From assembly GCF_006345805.1 (NCBI RefSeq), contig NW_021836836.1:1-37248 (forward strand): a DNA stretch of 37,248 bases, read 5' to 3'. The position numbers were made by a program, and so were the translations under genes. Numbering within the stretch: the first letter of the stretch is position 1; every line of letters starts with the position of its first letter. Shown here piece by piece: positions 24,139-34,644 of this stretch. The DNA comes from Octopus sinensis (lineage: Eukaryota). The notes below the pieces were generated by a model, which worked only from the letters and a program-made list of their open reading frames with translations, had not been told where the DNA came from and did not search any database.

Positions 24139-25190
24139 ATTGTCAATTACACAGATGTAAACTGGCCATGTCAAAGAGCTAAAGTGGCTCCACCTAATGA
24201 ATTGGTTGATAAACTCAATCATGAACTTCAAAAGTTAACAGATACATCAGAGATGACTTTCCTTCCATTCACATAACAGTCGATCAAGAGCAGGCAGTTC
24301 AATACCCTGTTGAATTTCTGAACATACTCAAACCCACTGGGACACCACTGCATACCTTGACACTAAAACTGGATACTCTTTTACTCTTTTACTTGTTTCA
24401 GTCATTTGACTGAGGCCATGCTGGAGCACCGCCTTTTAGTTGAGCAAATCGACCCCGGGACTTATTCTTTGTAAGCCCAGTACTTATTCTATTGGTCTCT
24501 TTTGCCGAACCGCTAAGTGACGGAGACATAAACACACCAGCATCGGTTGTCAAGCAATGCTAGGGGGACAAACACAGACACACAAACACACACGCACATA
24601 TATATATATATATATATACATATATACGACGGGCTTCTTTCAGTTTCCGTCTGCCAAATCCACTCACAAGGCTTTGGTCGGCCCAAGGCTATAGCAGAAG
24701 ACACTTGCCCAAGGTGTCACGCAGTGGGACTGAACCCGGAACTGTGTGGTTGGTAAGCAAGCTACTTACCACACAGCCACTCCTGCACCTATTATGGATG
24801 CTTCCATTATGTTGCTTGACAAACCTTGACAAACCTTGCCTGTGAAATGGAACTCAATAGTTACTTCCATGAAGCCCCGTGTCCTACAGGCAACAAGCAT
24901 AACAGGTAGTCACAATGGAGGAAAATGTGTTTATTCCAAAAATTCCTCTCATACATAAATGATCCATTTGAACTAAGTTTTGGCCAAACTAAGTTTTGGT
25001 ATTTCAATTAACAAATCTCAGAGTCAATCCCTTAAGGTAGTTGAACTTCATCTCTATACTACATGCTTCTCCCGTGGCCAACTCTATGCTGGTTGCTCAC
25101 GAGCTAGAAGAAGCAACAATTTTTTATTCATTTCGACACCAACAAAAAATTACACAAAGAATATTGTTTACCCTAAAGTGCTTCAAGACC
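24139..25190 (+). pseudogene. Helitron RepHel Pif1-like helicase C-terminal remnant (frameshifted, split by a SINE)
   Basis: NYTDVNWPCQRAKVAPPNELVDKLN; DQEQAVQYPVEFLNILKPTGTPLHTLTLK; ENVFIPKIPLI; SINKSQSQSLKVVELHL..CFSRGQLYAGCSR..TKNIVYPKVL correspond to the YPxEFLNSL, TINKSQGQ(S/T)L, FSHGQLYVAxSR and TxNIVYxEVL motifs. Confidence 0.92.
24376..24790 (-). mobile_element. SINE family A inside the Helitron helicase remnant
   Basis: Full-length match; tggat at 24370-24374 and 24795-24799. Confidence 0.9.
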
Positions 25191-25252
25191 GACAGATTTT
25201 CAGTTCAAAAATTCTGTTATTACAATTTAGATATTTTAAAAATAAAATATAG

Positions 25253-25536
25253 ATCATCATCAACATCATCATCGTTTAAAATCCGCTTTTCATGCTAGCA
25301 TGGGTTGGACGGTTCAACTGGGGTCTGGGAAGCCAGAAGGCTGCACCAGGCCCAGTCTGATCTGGCAGTGTTTCTACAGCTGGATGCCCTTCCTAACGCC
25401 AACCACTCCGTGAGTGTAGTGGGTGCTTTTTACGTGCCACCGGCACAGGTGCCAGATGAGGCTGGCAAACGACCACGATCAGATGGTGCTTTTCACGTGC
25501 CACCGGCATGGAGGCCAGGCGAGGCTGGCAACAGCC
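25253..25536 (-). mobile_element. RTE-type 3' UTR with (GAT)n tail
   Basis: Homologous to 2580-3108 and 28800-29106. Confidence 0.8.
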
Positions 25537-25702
25537 AAATAATTATGAGAAAAAAATATATCTTCATATTTATTGTTTACTAATTTGAATAAAAACAGCA
25601 GAAACGCAAGCAATGCAGGGTAATTCAGCTAGTACATATATATACAACACACACATACATATATATCATCATCATTTTATGTGTGTGTGTGTGTAGACAA
25701 AG

Positions 25703-26054
25703 ACATAGCTGTGTGATAAGAAGCTTTCTTTCCAGCCACAAGGTTCCGGGTTCAGTCCCACTGCATGGCACCTTGGGCAAGTGCTTTCTACTATAGCCTA
25801 AGGACCAGCCAATGCCTTGCAAGTGGATTTGGTAGACGGAAACTGAAAGAAGCCCATCGTATATATGTAGGGGGGGCACCATCACTTGACAACTGACGTT
25901 GGTGTGTTTATGTCCCCATAACTTAGTGGTTTTGCAAAAGTGACCAACAGAATAAGTAGTAGGCTTATAAAGGGGTCAATTTCTTCAACTAAAAACCCTT
26001 TAAGGTGGTACTCCAGCATGGCCACAGTCAAATGACTGAAACAAGTAAAAGAAT
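25703..26054 (+). mobile_element. SINE family A, older subfamily
   Basis: Head, short central tract and aaacaagtaaaagaatag tail. Confidence 0.8.
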
Positions 26055-26511
26055 AGCAGAATATATGAATATATCTTGATTCACTAGAAGCAACAAACTA
26101 CGGGAATCAATGAGAGTATAGAGCATTCATTAATATGTTATAACTGAAAGGCTCCAGTTTCCAGGACTCGGGGTTACTCATTTCCGGTCATCAACTGGTA
26201 ATAAAAGCCTGCTTTTCTTTCGAAATATGAAACAAAAGTTTGAAGAAAACGTTTTTCTTTGTCTTCCTTTATTCAAAAAAAAAAAAAACCTTTGTGAGTG
26301 GCATGTGCAAAAGCAGCTGCTTCAAGCTCATGTTTTTGATTTCTCTTCTGGTTCTTGTGGTAATATTGTGTTTCAAACTTCACACGAGTAAAACCATTCT
26401 AATAACTTCACTCATGAAACTGCATGTGTTGTTTAAGTAATACTGTTGATCAATACTTTTCATGACAATGACTGTATGTTTTGCATTCACTCATGCAGCT
26501 GTCTATATATA

Positions 26512-26745
26512 TATTTCTTTATTACCCACAAGAGGGTAATATTACCACATAGAGGGGACAAACAAGGACAAAGTATTAAGTCGATTATATCGACCCCAGT
26601 GTGTAACCGGTACTTAATTTATCGACCCCGAAAGGATGAAAGGCAAAGTCGACCTCGGCGGAATTTGAACACAGAACGTAACGGCAGACGAAATACGGCT
26701 ACGCATTTCGCCCAGCGTGCTAACGTTTCTGCCAGCTCGCCACCT
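26512..26745 (-). mobile_element. SINE family B
   Basis: 12-bp TSD tgtctatatata at 26500-26511 and 26746-26757. Confidence 0.9.
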
Positions 26746-26867
26746 TGTCTATATATACACATATACGCAGGTGTCTATATATACACATATGAACACTCAT
26801 ATACATATTTAAATACACATTGTGTATGTGCGTGTATGTGTTTATATATATATTTATGCATGTATGT

Positions 26868-27070
26868 ATAACGCCATGTTGGATCGTTAGCCCCTACACG
26901 CAATTTTTTTCTCTCCTTGTTTCTTTTCTGTGTATCTTTCTGTTGAAGAGCATAGGCTCGAAACATAAAAGACTTGTTTTATTTCTATTCCTGAGTGCCA
27001 TACTAATACTTTGTTTGTTTGTACTCCACCTGCCTTTGTCTTTTGTTTATTTTTGTAAACCTTCCCGTTA
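26868..27070 (+). mobile_element. Putative Penelope-like element terminus with a hammerhead-like motif
   Basis: tcttt-ctgttga-a-gagc(atag)gctc-gaa-acat-a-aaaga at 26935-26972; pyrimidine-rich body ending in (ta)n. Confidence 0.55.
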
Positions 27071-27239
27071 TATATATATGTATAATTTTATTTGTTAGGG
27101 AATAAAAATTCCGGCATAGCAGGGGTTCAAATTATTCTCAATGAAGAAATATATATTTTCATTTAGAGATAGTAGGCCCCTTCATCCCACCATATAAAAA
27201 GTATTTTTATTTTAAATACCTACTACTTTATAAGTTACA

Positions 27240-27505
27240 GGGATTGTCAAGCAGTGGTGTGGACAAACACAGACACATACACACAACTTTATATATATAT
27301 ATATATGTGTGTGTGTGTATGTATGTATGTATGTATATACCAGGCTTCTTTCAGTTTCAATCAACCATATCCTCTCACAAGACTTTGATCACCTGAGGTC
27401 ATTGAAGACACTTGCCCAAAAGACTTGTTTTATTTCTATTCCTGAGTGGGCTTGAACCCAGGACCATGTAGTTAGGAAGCAAGCTTCTTACCACATAGCC
27501 ACGCT
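27240..27505 (-). mobile_element. SINE family A, old copy containing a templated insertion
   Basis: Degenerate match to the family A 5' two-thirds. Confidence 0.75.
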
Positions 27506-27620
27506 TAAAAATTCAGTAAGATTTCTTTCATATAAACTGACTGGTTATGGAGGTCCAGTGGAGTAAAATAAGAATCAAAGGAATCCAAAAGCAGAAAATG
27601 GTTGTTAACCACTGGATCAA

Positions 27621-27827
27621 TCCTTTAGCATTTAAACTGACCCATACCCAGCCAAAATATTCTTACATTCAGGTACTCTTCTTATACCTTACCTCTCCTA
27701 AGTCATTCTAAAAATAAACAACCCCATCGCCCAAATCTCAAAGCTACAAGATAAAGGCGTGATTAAATTCAAAACAATATAAACAAATGAGCATTGCACT
27801 TGAAAGAGAAAGCTAAGCGCTAAATGG
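27621..27827 (-). mobile_element. piggyBac-type MITE, uninterrupted, diverged
   Basis: cctttagcattt ... gcgctaaatgg followed by TTAA (27828-27831); interior is the reverse complement of the other copies. Confidence 0.7.
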
Positions 27828-28157
27828 TTAAAGCGTGATGAAGGGCCAAGCCCATGTGTACATGTGCACAAGTACAAAAAAGTCTGTTATTGGAAGCAAC
27901 CTTGGAATCATTTATCATTGAAAAAAAAAAACAGAAAAAAAAAGAAACTCTCTCTACACCAAACATACTTGCATGCAATATAAAATATATCAAATTCTAA
28001 TAAAGAACTTCCCTTCTTGACAGTGTCATAGGAAAAGTGTATTTGGCATGACCACATTGGTAGGACAGTATTGCATTACTGCCTTTATTCAGTCTATTAA
28101 ATCAGAAATCTGTTGAACAAGGTCCATTAAATTCAAGATTTAATGTGTATATGTTAT

Positions 28158-28213
<56 letters not shown>

Positions 28214-28384
28214 GTGTTTATATATTAATGTGTGTGTGTATGTATGTATGTATGTATGTATGGATATATATATATGTATGTATACACACACATACACACA
28301 TTCACATTTATTTTTATATAAATACATGTCTGTATAAATATGTGTACGTGTATATATATATATATATATATACATATATATATT

Positions 28385-28420
28385 ATAATAATAATAATAA
28401 TAATAATGATAATAATAATA

Positions 28421-28451
<31 letters not shown>

Positions 28452-28470
28452 TAATAATATAATAATAATA
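28385..28470. repeat. (AAT)n microsatellite
   Basis: Direct inspection. Confidence 0.95.
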
Positions 28471-28615
28471 AGGAATAAATTATTATTCCAACCTTACAGG
28501 TAAAATTCAGTATAATAATATTGGACTGAATTTCGTAATATATGATGTATAATATATGTATATAACTAATTAAGAGACAAATCACCAGTCCATAACTCAG
28601 TCGATGAAGAACCCG

Positions 28616-28668
<53 letters not shown>

Positions 28669-28716
28669 TGAATATAATTGTGTGTGTGTGCACATGCATG
28701 TGTGTATGTATATATA

Positions 28717-29106
28717 GACCTTTTGGAGATATGCCATGTTTGAGAAGACCCAGCAAGCCAAGTGAGATTGTAGTCGTGGCCGATGCCAGTGTCGCATAGC
28801 TGGCTCATTCACAAGCAGTCTTCCATCGTTGGTTGATGTGCCATGCTGGTGGCACATAAAAAACAGCATCCCAGTATGACTGAAGTTGGTGCTGCCTGAC
28901 TAGCACGCATGCCAGTGGCACGTAAAAAAAACACCCACTAAACTCTTTGGGGTTGTTAGCATTAGGAAGGGCGTCCAGCTGTAAAAATCTTGCCAAATCA
29001 GATTGGTGCCTGGTACAACCTCTTGGCCTGCCAGTTCTCAAACAATTCAGCCCATGCCAGCATGGAAAGCAGATGTTAAACAACAAAGATGATGATGATG
29101 ATGATG
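28717..29106 (+). mobile_element. RTE-type LINE 3' end: last codons, about 340-nt 3' UTR, (GAT)n tail
   Basis: Reads (T)FWRYAMFEKTQQAK* (stop 28763-28765), resembling the D..LWR..V.. end of RTE ORFs; then tggcacgtaaaaa modules, aggaagggcgtccagctgtaaaa, ccatgccagcatgg, (gat)n. Confidence 0.7.
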
Positions 29107-29111
29107 CTTTG

Positions 29112-29124
29112 GGGAGAGAGAGAG

Positions 29125-29158
<34 letters not shown>

Positions 29159-29309
29159 GATAGATAGATAGATAAGATAGACAGACAGACAGACAAGATA
29201 GATAGATAGATAAGATAGATAGACAGACAAGATAGATAGATAGATAGATAGATAAGATAGACAGACAGACAAGATAGATAGATAGATAGATAGATAAGAT
29301 AGACGGATG

Positions 29310-29350
<41 letters not shown>
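29112..29350. repeat. (AGAT)n/(AGAC)n compound microsatellite
   Basis: Direct inspection. Confidence 0.95.
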
Positions 29351-29351
<1 letters not shown>

Positions 29352-30608
29352 TATTAGATCATCCCATAAGTGATGTCCAGACTTCTATATTTTCAATTTG
29401 TGAATGCTTTAACAGTATTTTAGAATGTCTAATGGCATCAAGCAGGATAATCTAATTGAAATTTCACGAATTATAGCTCTTCAAATATGGAAGTGCCTAA
29501 GGAGCATATAATACTTCATGAGTCTAAAAAGGGCAACTCTGCAGCTAAAGCGACTTCAAATATCCACTCAGCTTATGGAGAAGAGTGCAGAAGTGGAGAT
29601 TTCAGCCTTCATTCATCATCATTGTTCGACCGTGGTTGAGACAATGGAATTTACCATGCTACGCCAGACTTCACGGTCCATCATGGAATTACGGAGGTCC
29701 TGTTGCTGGATGCCTGTATCCCTGGAGATTACATCAGGGTAGGAGAGTGTGTGCCCTCTGGTATTGTGAGTAGATAGCTTCCAGAGGAGAAGAGTAGAAA
29801 TTGCCTCGTTTTCAGCTCTACAACAATGTCCAGCAAACTGGACTCTTCTACCTTTCACAAGAGATGATACAGGTGGTAATTTCCCATATATTTGTACTTT
29901 GGTTGGATGGTGCCTCCACGAGAGATTTTGAGCTCTCATAAGGAGGCGAGTGTAGGTTCCATCCAACCACCTCTCAAGCTTCTTTGATAACGTCCAGGTT
30001 TCTGAGCCATATAGTAGAATTAGTTTGACTGTGGCTTTGAAGATTTCAAGTTTGAAGTCTCTACTTAGATTTGATGACCAGATCTTATGCATGTCCAAAC
30101 AAGACATCCAATTAAGTTTGATGTCAAGTGCCTTTTGATAGAACTTGAAAAAGATCTTGTAGTTTCAGTTGAAGAATTGGCAAACAAGCTTTGTTCAAGC
30201 CATACAATTGTTCACTGCCATCTTCAACAGCTTGGAAAGGTCCCAAAACTCTGAAAATGGGTACTTCGTGATTTATCTGAAGCCAACCGCAAATCCCAAA
30301 TGAACACCTTCTCTTCTCTTTGTTCTCATGGACTCATCTCACCCTTTTTAGACAGGCTGGTGACCGGTGACGTAAAATGGGTCTTTCATCAAAATGTTAA
30401 GAATTGTAGACATCGGCTTGGTGAAGGGGAAAAAGCCCAATCACAACCAAAAAGGGAATTCCATGCAAAGAAGGTCCTTCTTTCTGTTGGTGGGATTGCA
30501 ATGGAATCATCCACTTTGAGTTGATACCAACTAATGCAACAATCAATGCTCAAATCTACTGTCAGCAATTAGACCATTTAAACGCTGCTTTAAAGAAGCA
30601 GTGTTCAA
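29352..30608 (+). pseudogene. mariner transposon remnant (5' end plus transposase fragments at 29487-29610 and 30101-30608), split by an RTE insertion
   Basis: TA then ttagatcatcccataagtgatgtcc (putative TIR); MEVPKEHI..KKGNSAAKATSNIHSAYGEEC..RSGDFSL; KWVLRDLSE; FLDRLVTGDVKWVF; KKVLLSV(W)WDCNGIIHFELIP..TINAQIYCQQLDHL (WVPHEL, TGDEKW and LCVWWD motifs of DD34D transposases); one in-frame stop and a frameshift. Confidence 0.92.
29611..30100 (-). mobile_element. RTE-clade LINE, 5'-truncated ORF end with (TGA)n tail and no 3' UTR
   Basis: FKATVKLILLYGSETWTLSKKLERWLDGTYTRLLMRAQNLSW...RRVQFAGHCCR...DREVWR; LLYGSETW is typical of the RTE C-terminal region; stop runs directly into tgatgatga. Confidence 0.92.
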
Positions 30609-30732
30609 ATACTCACAAGGCTTTGGTCGGCTTAAGGCTATAGCAGAAGACACTTGCCATGCAGTAGAACTGAACCTGGAACCAGGTGGTTGGGAAGCAA
30701 ACTTCTTACCACACTGTCACACCTGTGCCTCC
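30609..30732 (-). mobile_element. SINE family A head fragment
   Basis: Reverse complement of the family A head. Confidence 0.75.
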
Positions 30733-30995
30733 ATAGATAGATAGATAGATAGATAGGCAGGCAGGCAGGCGGGCGGGCGGGCGGGCGGGCGGGCGGACGG
30801 ACGGACGGAGGACGGAAGACGGACGGACGGACGGACGGACGGAACGGACGGACGGACGGACGGACGGACGGACGGACGGACAGACGGACGGACGGTACGG
30901 ACGGACGGACGGACGGACGGACGGACGGACGGACGGACGGACGGACAGACAGGCAGGCAGGCAGACAGACAGACAGACAGACAGATAGATAGATA
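30733..30995. repeat. Compound tetranucleotide array AGAT-AGGC-GGGC-GGAC-AGAC-AGGC-AGAC-AGAT
   Basis: Direct inspection. Confidence 0.95.
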
Positions 30996-31632
30996 TGTAT
31001 ACATACATACTTAAATACATGCTCTCATATATATTCATAAAAACACACACACAAACACATACACTCACACACACACACACACACACTCTCTCTCTCTCTC
31101 ACTCACATATATACATCTTTTAAACTGGTTTGAAGTTGTTGCCAAGTTCTTTCTCCACCTTCCAGTCATGACATCTGTTATTTGAAAATTACAACTAACT
31201 TATAAAAATAAAACAGGCAGAAAGAAAACTAAAAAAAAAAAAAAAGAAAAGAAAAACAAGAAGAAAAATGTAAGAAACCTCACCTACTACCCTACTACCC
31301 ACCCCCCGTAATTTCATTACAATCCAAAGAAGAATCAGCCAGCCAGACCTCTTCATTTAAACGAAGAGTGCAAACAGTTCAAAGACCAAATAAACATTGG
31401 TTGAAAAATGACATGTCAAAACAAAAAAAAAAATTAAAATAAATAAAGGAGAAAAAAAACAGAAATAGATATTCCTTTTATCTTTTCTTTTGGTTGCTTC
31501 AGTAATTGGACTGTGGCCACACTGGGGTAGTGCCTCGAAGAGTTTAGTCAAGACAAACTGGCACTACTGTTCTTGGTTTTTATAAATCTGGATACTTATA
31601 CTATCTCTTTTGCTGAACTGTTAAGTTACACA

Positions 31633-31978
31633 GTCTGTGAAGGCGCATGGCTCAATGGTTAGAGTGTCGAGCTTACGATCGTGAGGTTGTGAGCTCGAAT
31701 CCCGGACCGGGCTGCGTGTTGTGTTCTTGAGCAAGGCACTTTATTTCACGTTGCTCCAGTTCACTCAGCTGTAGAAATGAGTTGCGACGTCACAGGTGTC
31801 AAGCTGTATCGACCTTTGTCTTTCCCTTGTATAACACTGGTGGCGTGGAGAGGGGAGGCTGGTATGCATGGGCGACTGCTGGCCTTCCATAAACAACCTT
31901 GCCCGGACTTGTGTCTAGGAGGGTAACTTTCTAGGTGCAATCCCATGGTCATTCATGACCGAAGGGGGTCTTTACCCT
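31633..31978 (+). mobile_element. tRNA-derived SINE family C, full length
   Basis: A box tggctcaatgg, B box gagctcgaatccc, cttgagcaaggcacttt central segment (CORE-like by recollection); 12-bp TSD ttaagttacaca at 31621-31632 and 31979-31990. Confidence 0.9.
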
Positions 31979-32075
31979 TTAAGTTACACAAGAACATAAA
32001 ACAAAAAAAGGAAAAACGCAAGTTGTCATTTGGTGAAGAGGGACACATACATTGAGACACACACACACACACACA

Positions 32076-32224
32076 TCATCATCATCATCATTTAGCGTCC
32101 GTTTTCCATGCTAGCATGGGTTGGACGGTTTAACTGGGGTCTGTGAAGCCGGAAAGCTTCATCAGGCCCAGTCAGATCTGGCAGTGTTTCTACGGCTGGA
32201 TGCACTTCCTAACTCCAACCACTC
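32076..32224 (-). mobile_element. RTE-type 3' UTR fragment with (GAT)n tail
   Basis: (cat)n; ccatgctagcatgg at 32106-32119. Confidence 0.8.
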
Positions 32225-32314
32225 CATATATACATACATATATATATGTATATACATACATACATGTATATACATATATACATGTATATACATACATTTA
32301 TACATATCACCGTA

Positions 32315-32740
32315 ATTGTTCGACCGTGGTCGAGACAATGGAATTTACCATGCTACGCCAGACTTCACGGTCCATCATGGCATTACGGAGCTCCTGTTGC
32401 TGGGTGCCTGTATCCCTGGAGATTACATCAGGGTAGGAGAGTGTGCGCCCTCTGGTATCATGAGCAGATGGCTTCCAGAGGAGAAGAGTAGAAAGTACCT
32501 CGTTTTCAGCTCTACAACAGTGTCCAGCAAACTGGACTCTTCTACCTTTCACAAGAGATGACACAGGTGGTAGTTTCCCATATATTTGTACTTTAGTTGG
32601 ATGATGCATCCACGAGAGATTTTGAGCTCTCATAAGGAGGCGAGTGTAGGTTCCATCCAACTACCTCTCAAGCTTCTTTGATAACATCCAGGTTTCTGAG
32701 CCATACAGTAGAGCTGGTTTGACTGTGGCTTTGAAGATTT
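32315..32740 (-). mobile_element. RTE-clade LINE fragment, same family as 29611-30100
   Basis: DGTYTRLLMRAQNLSW...DREVWRSMVNSIVSTTVEQ; nucleotide match to the first copy. Confidence 0.9.
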
Positions 32741-32749
32741 TATATACTG

Positions 32750-32860
32750 AAGGGTGGTCTCTAGACACTGAACCTTACAGAGGAGATGACAAAGGACCAA
32801 GACATCTGGCACCTTGCTCTACACAAGAAGACCCGCACCTACAGCAGAAGTGTTAATGCC
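32750..32860 (+). mobile_element. Possible RTE ORF C-terminal fragment of another family
   Basis: TLNLTEEMTKDQDIWHLALHKKTR resembles the ORF ends at 28717 and 18040-18131. Confidence 0.45.
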
Positions 32861-32879
32861 ACTGCCCCTGATGAAGGGG

Positions 32880-33160
32880 ATTGGTCGGGCCGAGGATATA
32901 GCAGAAGACACTTGCCCAAGGTGCCACGCAGTGGGACTGAACCCGGAACCATGTGGTTGGTAAACAAGCTACTTACCACACAGCCATTCCTATATATATA
33001 TATGATGGGCTTCTTTCAGTTTCCAGTTACCAAAACCACTCATAAAGCATTGGTTAACCCAGAGCTATTGTCAAAGACACTTGCCCAAGGTGCCACACAG
33101 TGGGACTGAACCCGGAACCATGAAGTAACAAAGTGAGCTTCATAACCACACAACGACGCC
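32880..33160 (-). mobile_element. Two tandem SINE family A head fragments
   Basis: gacacttgcccaaggtgccac..agtgggactgaacccggaaccatg occurs twice. Confidence 0.8.
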
Positions 33161-33574
33161 TACATTTACAAATATTTCCTCAGAGCAATGCCAGCGTTAC
33201 ACTATCCTACATTTACAATGCTGCGCTTGGCTCTAATCTACTACAGTATACTATATTGGTGGCCCCATTATTAAGAAATGTTAAAAGGCCCGTGAATGAA
33301 TAGTTTCATTTTAAACTCTGATTTGGCCTAGAGTTCAGCACATGGGCACAACCCCTGGCCTTTAATCGGCTTCAGCTGTCAACTCCCCCCACCACAACCT
33401 GATTCCTAATCTCCACTATACCCCCCCTCTCGCATCTCTTACTTGATAAAGAACTGGGAAGACTAATGCTTTGTGTGTGGAACTATATATATATATACAT
33501 AAATATGTGTCTGTGTGTCTGTATACAAGTGTATATAAATACGTTGTGTGTGTATGTGTATCACCATTGTAATG

Positions 33575-33817
33575 TCCACTTTTCCATGGTTGCATGAGTT
33601 GCAACACCCACACACATATGTATATATGTATGTATGTGTGTATATATATATACATATATATATATACAATATATATATATATCACACACACACGTATGTA
33701 TATATATATATATATATATAACATATATATATATATACACACACACACACGTATGTATATATATATATATATACACACACACACGTATGTATATATGTAT
33801 ATATATATACATACATG

Positions 33818-33865
<48 letters not shown>
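33575..33865. repeat. (TA)n/(CA)n compound microsatellite with a repeated cacacacacgtatgtatata unit
   Basis: Direct inspection. Confidence 0.9.
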
Positions 33866-33866
<1 letters not shown>

Positions 33867-34593
33867 TGGAGGTCTTCTAACATTGGAATGCATGAATCAA
33901 TTTACGGTACACAAATTAGGGTCAACTCCGAGGATATATATATGAATAGTAAATCAATGCGAGCAGCAGTAAATCAATGTTGTTGTTGTTGTTAGTGGTG
34001 GCAGTGGTGGTGTGGATGGTCATGGTTGGTGGCTGACTGAGGTAGATGTGTGATGGTGTTGGCAGCAGAGCACCACTGTTCAGATTGCTGGCAATGCAGA
34101 GAGAGAGAGAGAGAGAGAGGGATGGGTATAGAAAGAGAGAGAGAGAGAGAGAGTAAAGACAGACAGTGATGGAAGCAAATGAGCAAATTCCAGTTCAAAG
34201 CCACCAATTCTAAAGAAACCCAAAATAAGAAAAATAGATTAAATAAATAGATTAAGCTTTCCAAATTCGATGAATCTCTTTCCTGCCCCCTATTCTCACT
34301 CTCCCTAAACACAGTCACCATGATTAGCAACTTCATTCAGGATTTCCATATTAAATGCCAAGTATATATATACACACACACACACACACACATACTCTCT
34401 CTCTCTCTCCCACTCTCTTTCTCTCTCTTACACATACACATGCACTCAAGCATACACATTGCACACCCATGCACACACAAACACATAGCTTACATACAAA
34501 TACTTCCTTCCCCAGGAAGCTTTTCATTATACAAACTATCCATTGGATTAGATTTGTATTCAGAGGTTTATAGTACATTGTAGCATGACATAC

Positions 34594-34644
<51 letters not shown>

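Noticed and set aside
26170-26402. Minus-strand frame NGFTRVKFETQYYHKNQKRNQKHELEAAAFAHATHKG-stop-IKEDKEKRFLQTFVSYFERKAGFYYQL
   Set aside because: Protein-like but interrupted by a stop at a T14 run, with a weak acceptor and no family I recognise; BLASTx would settle it.
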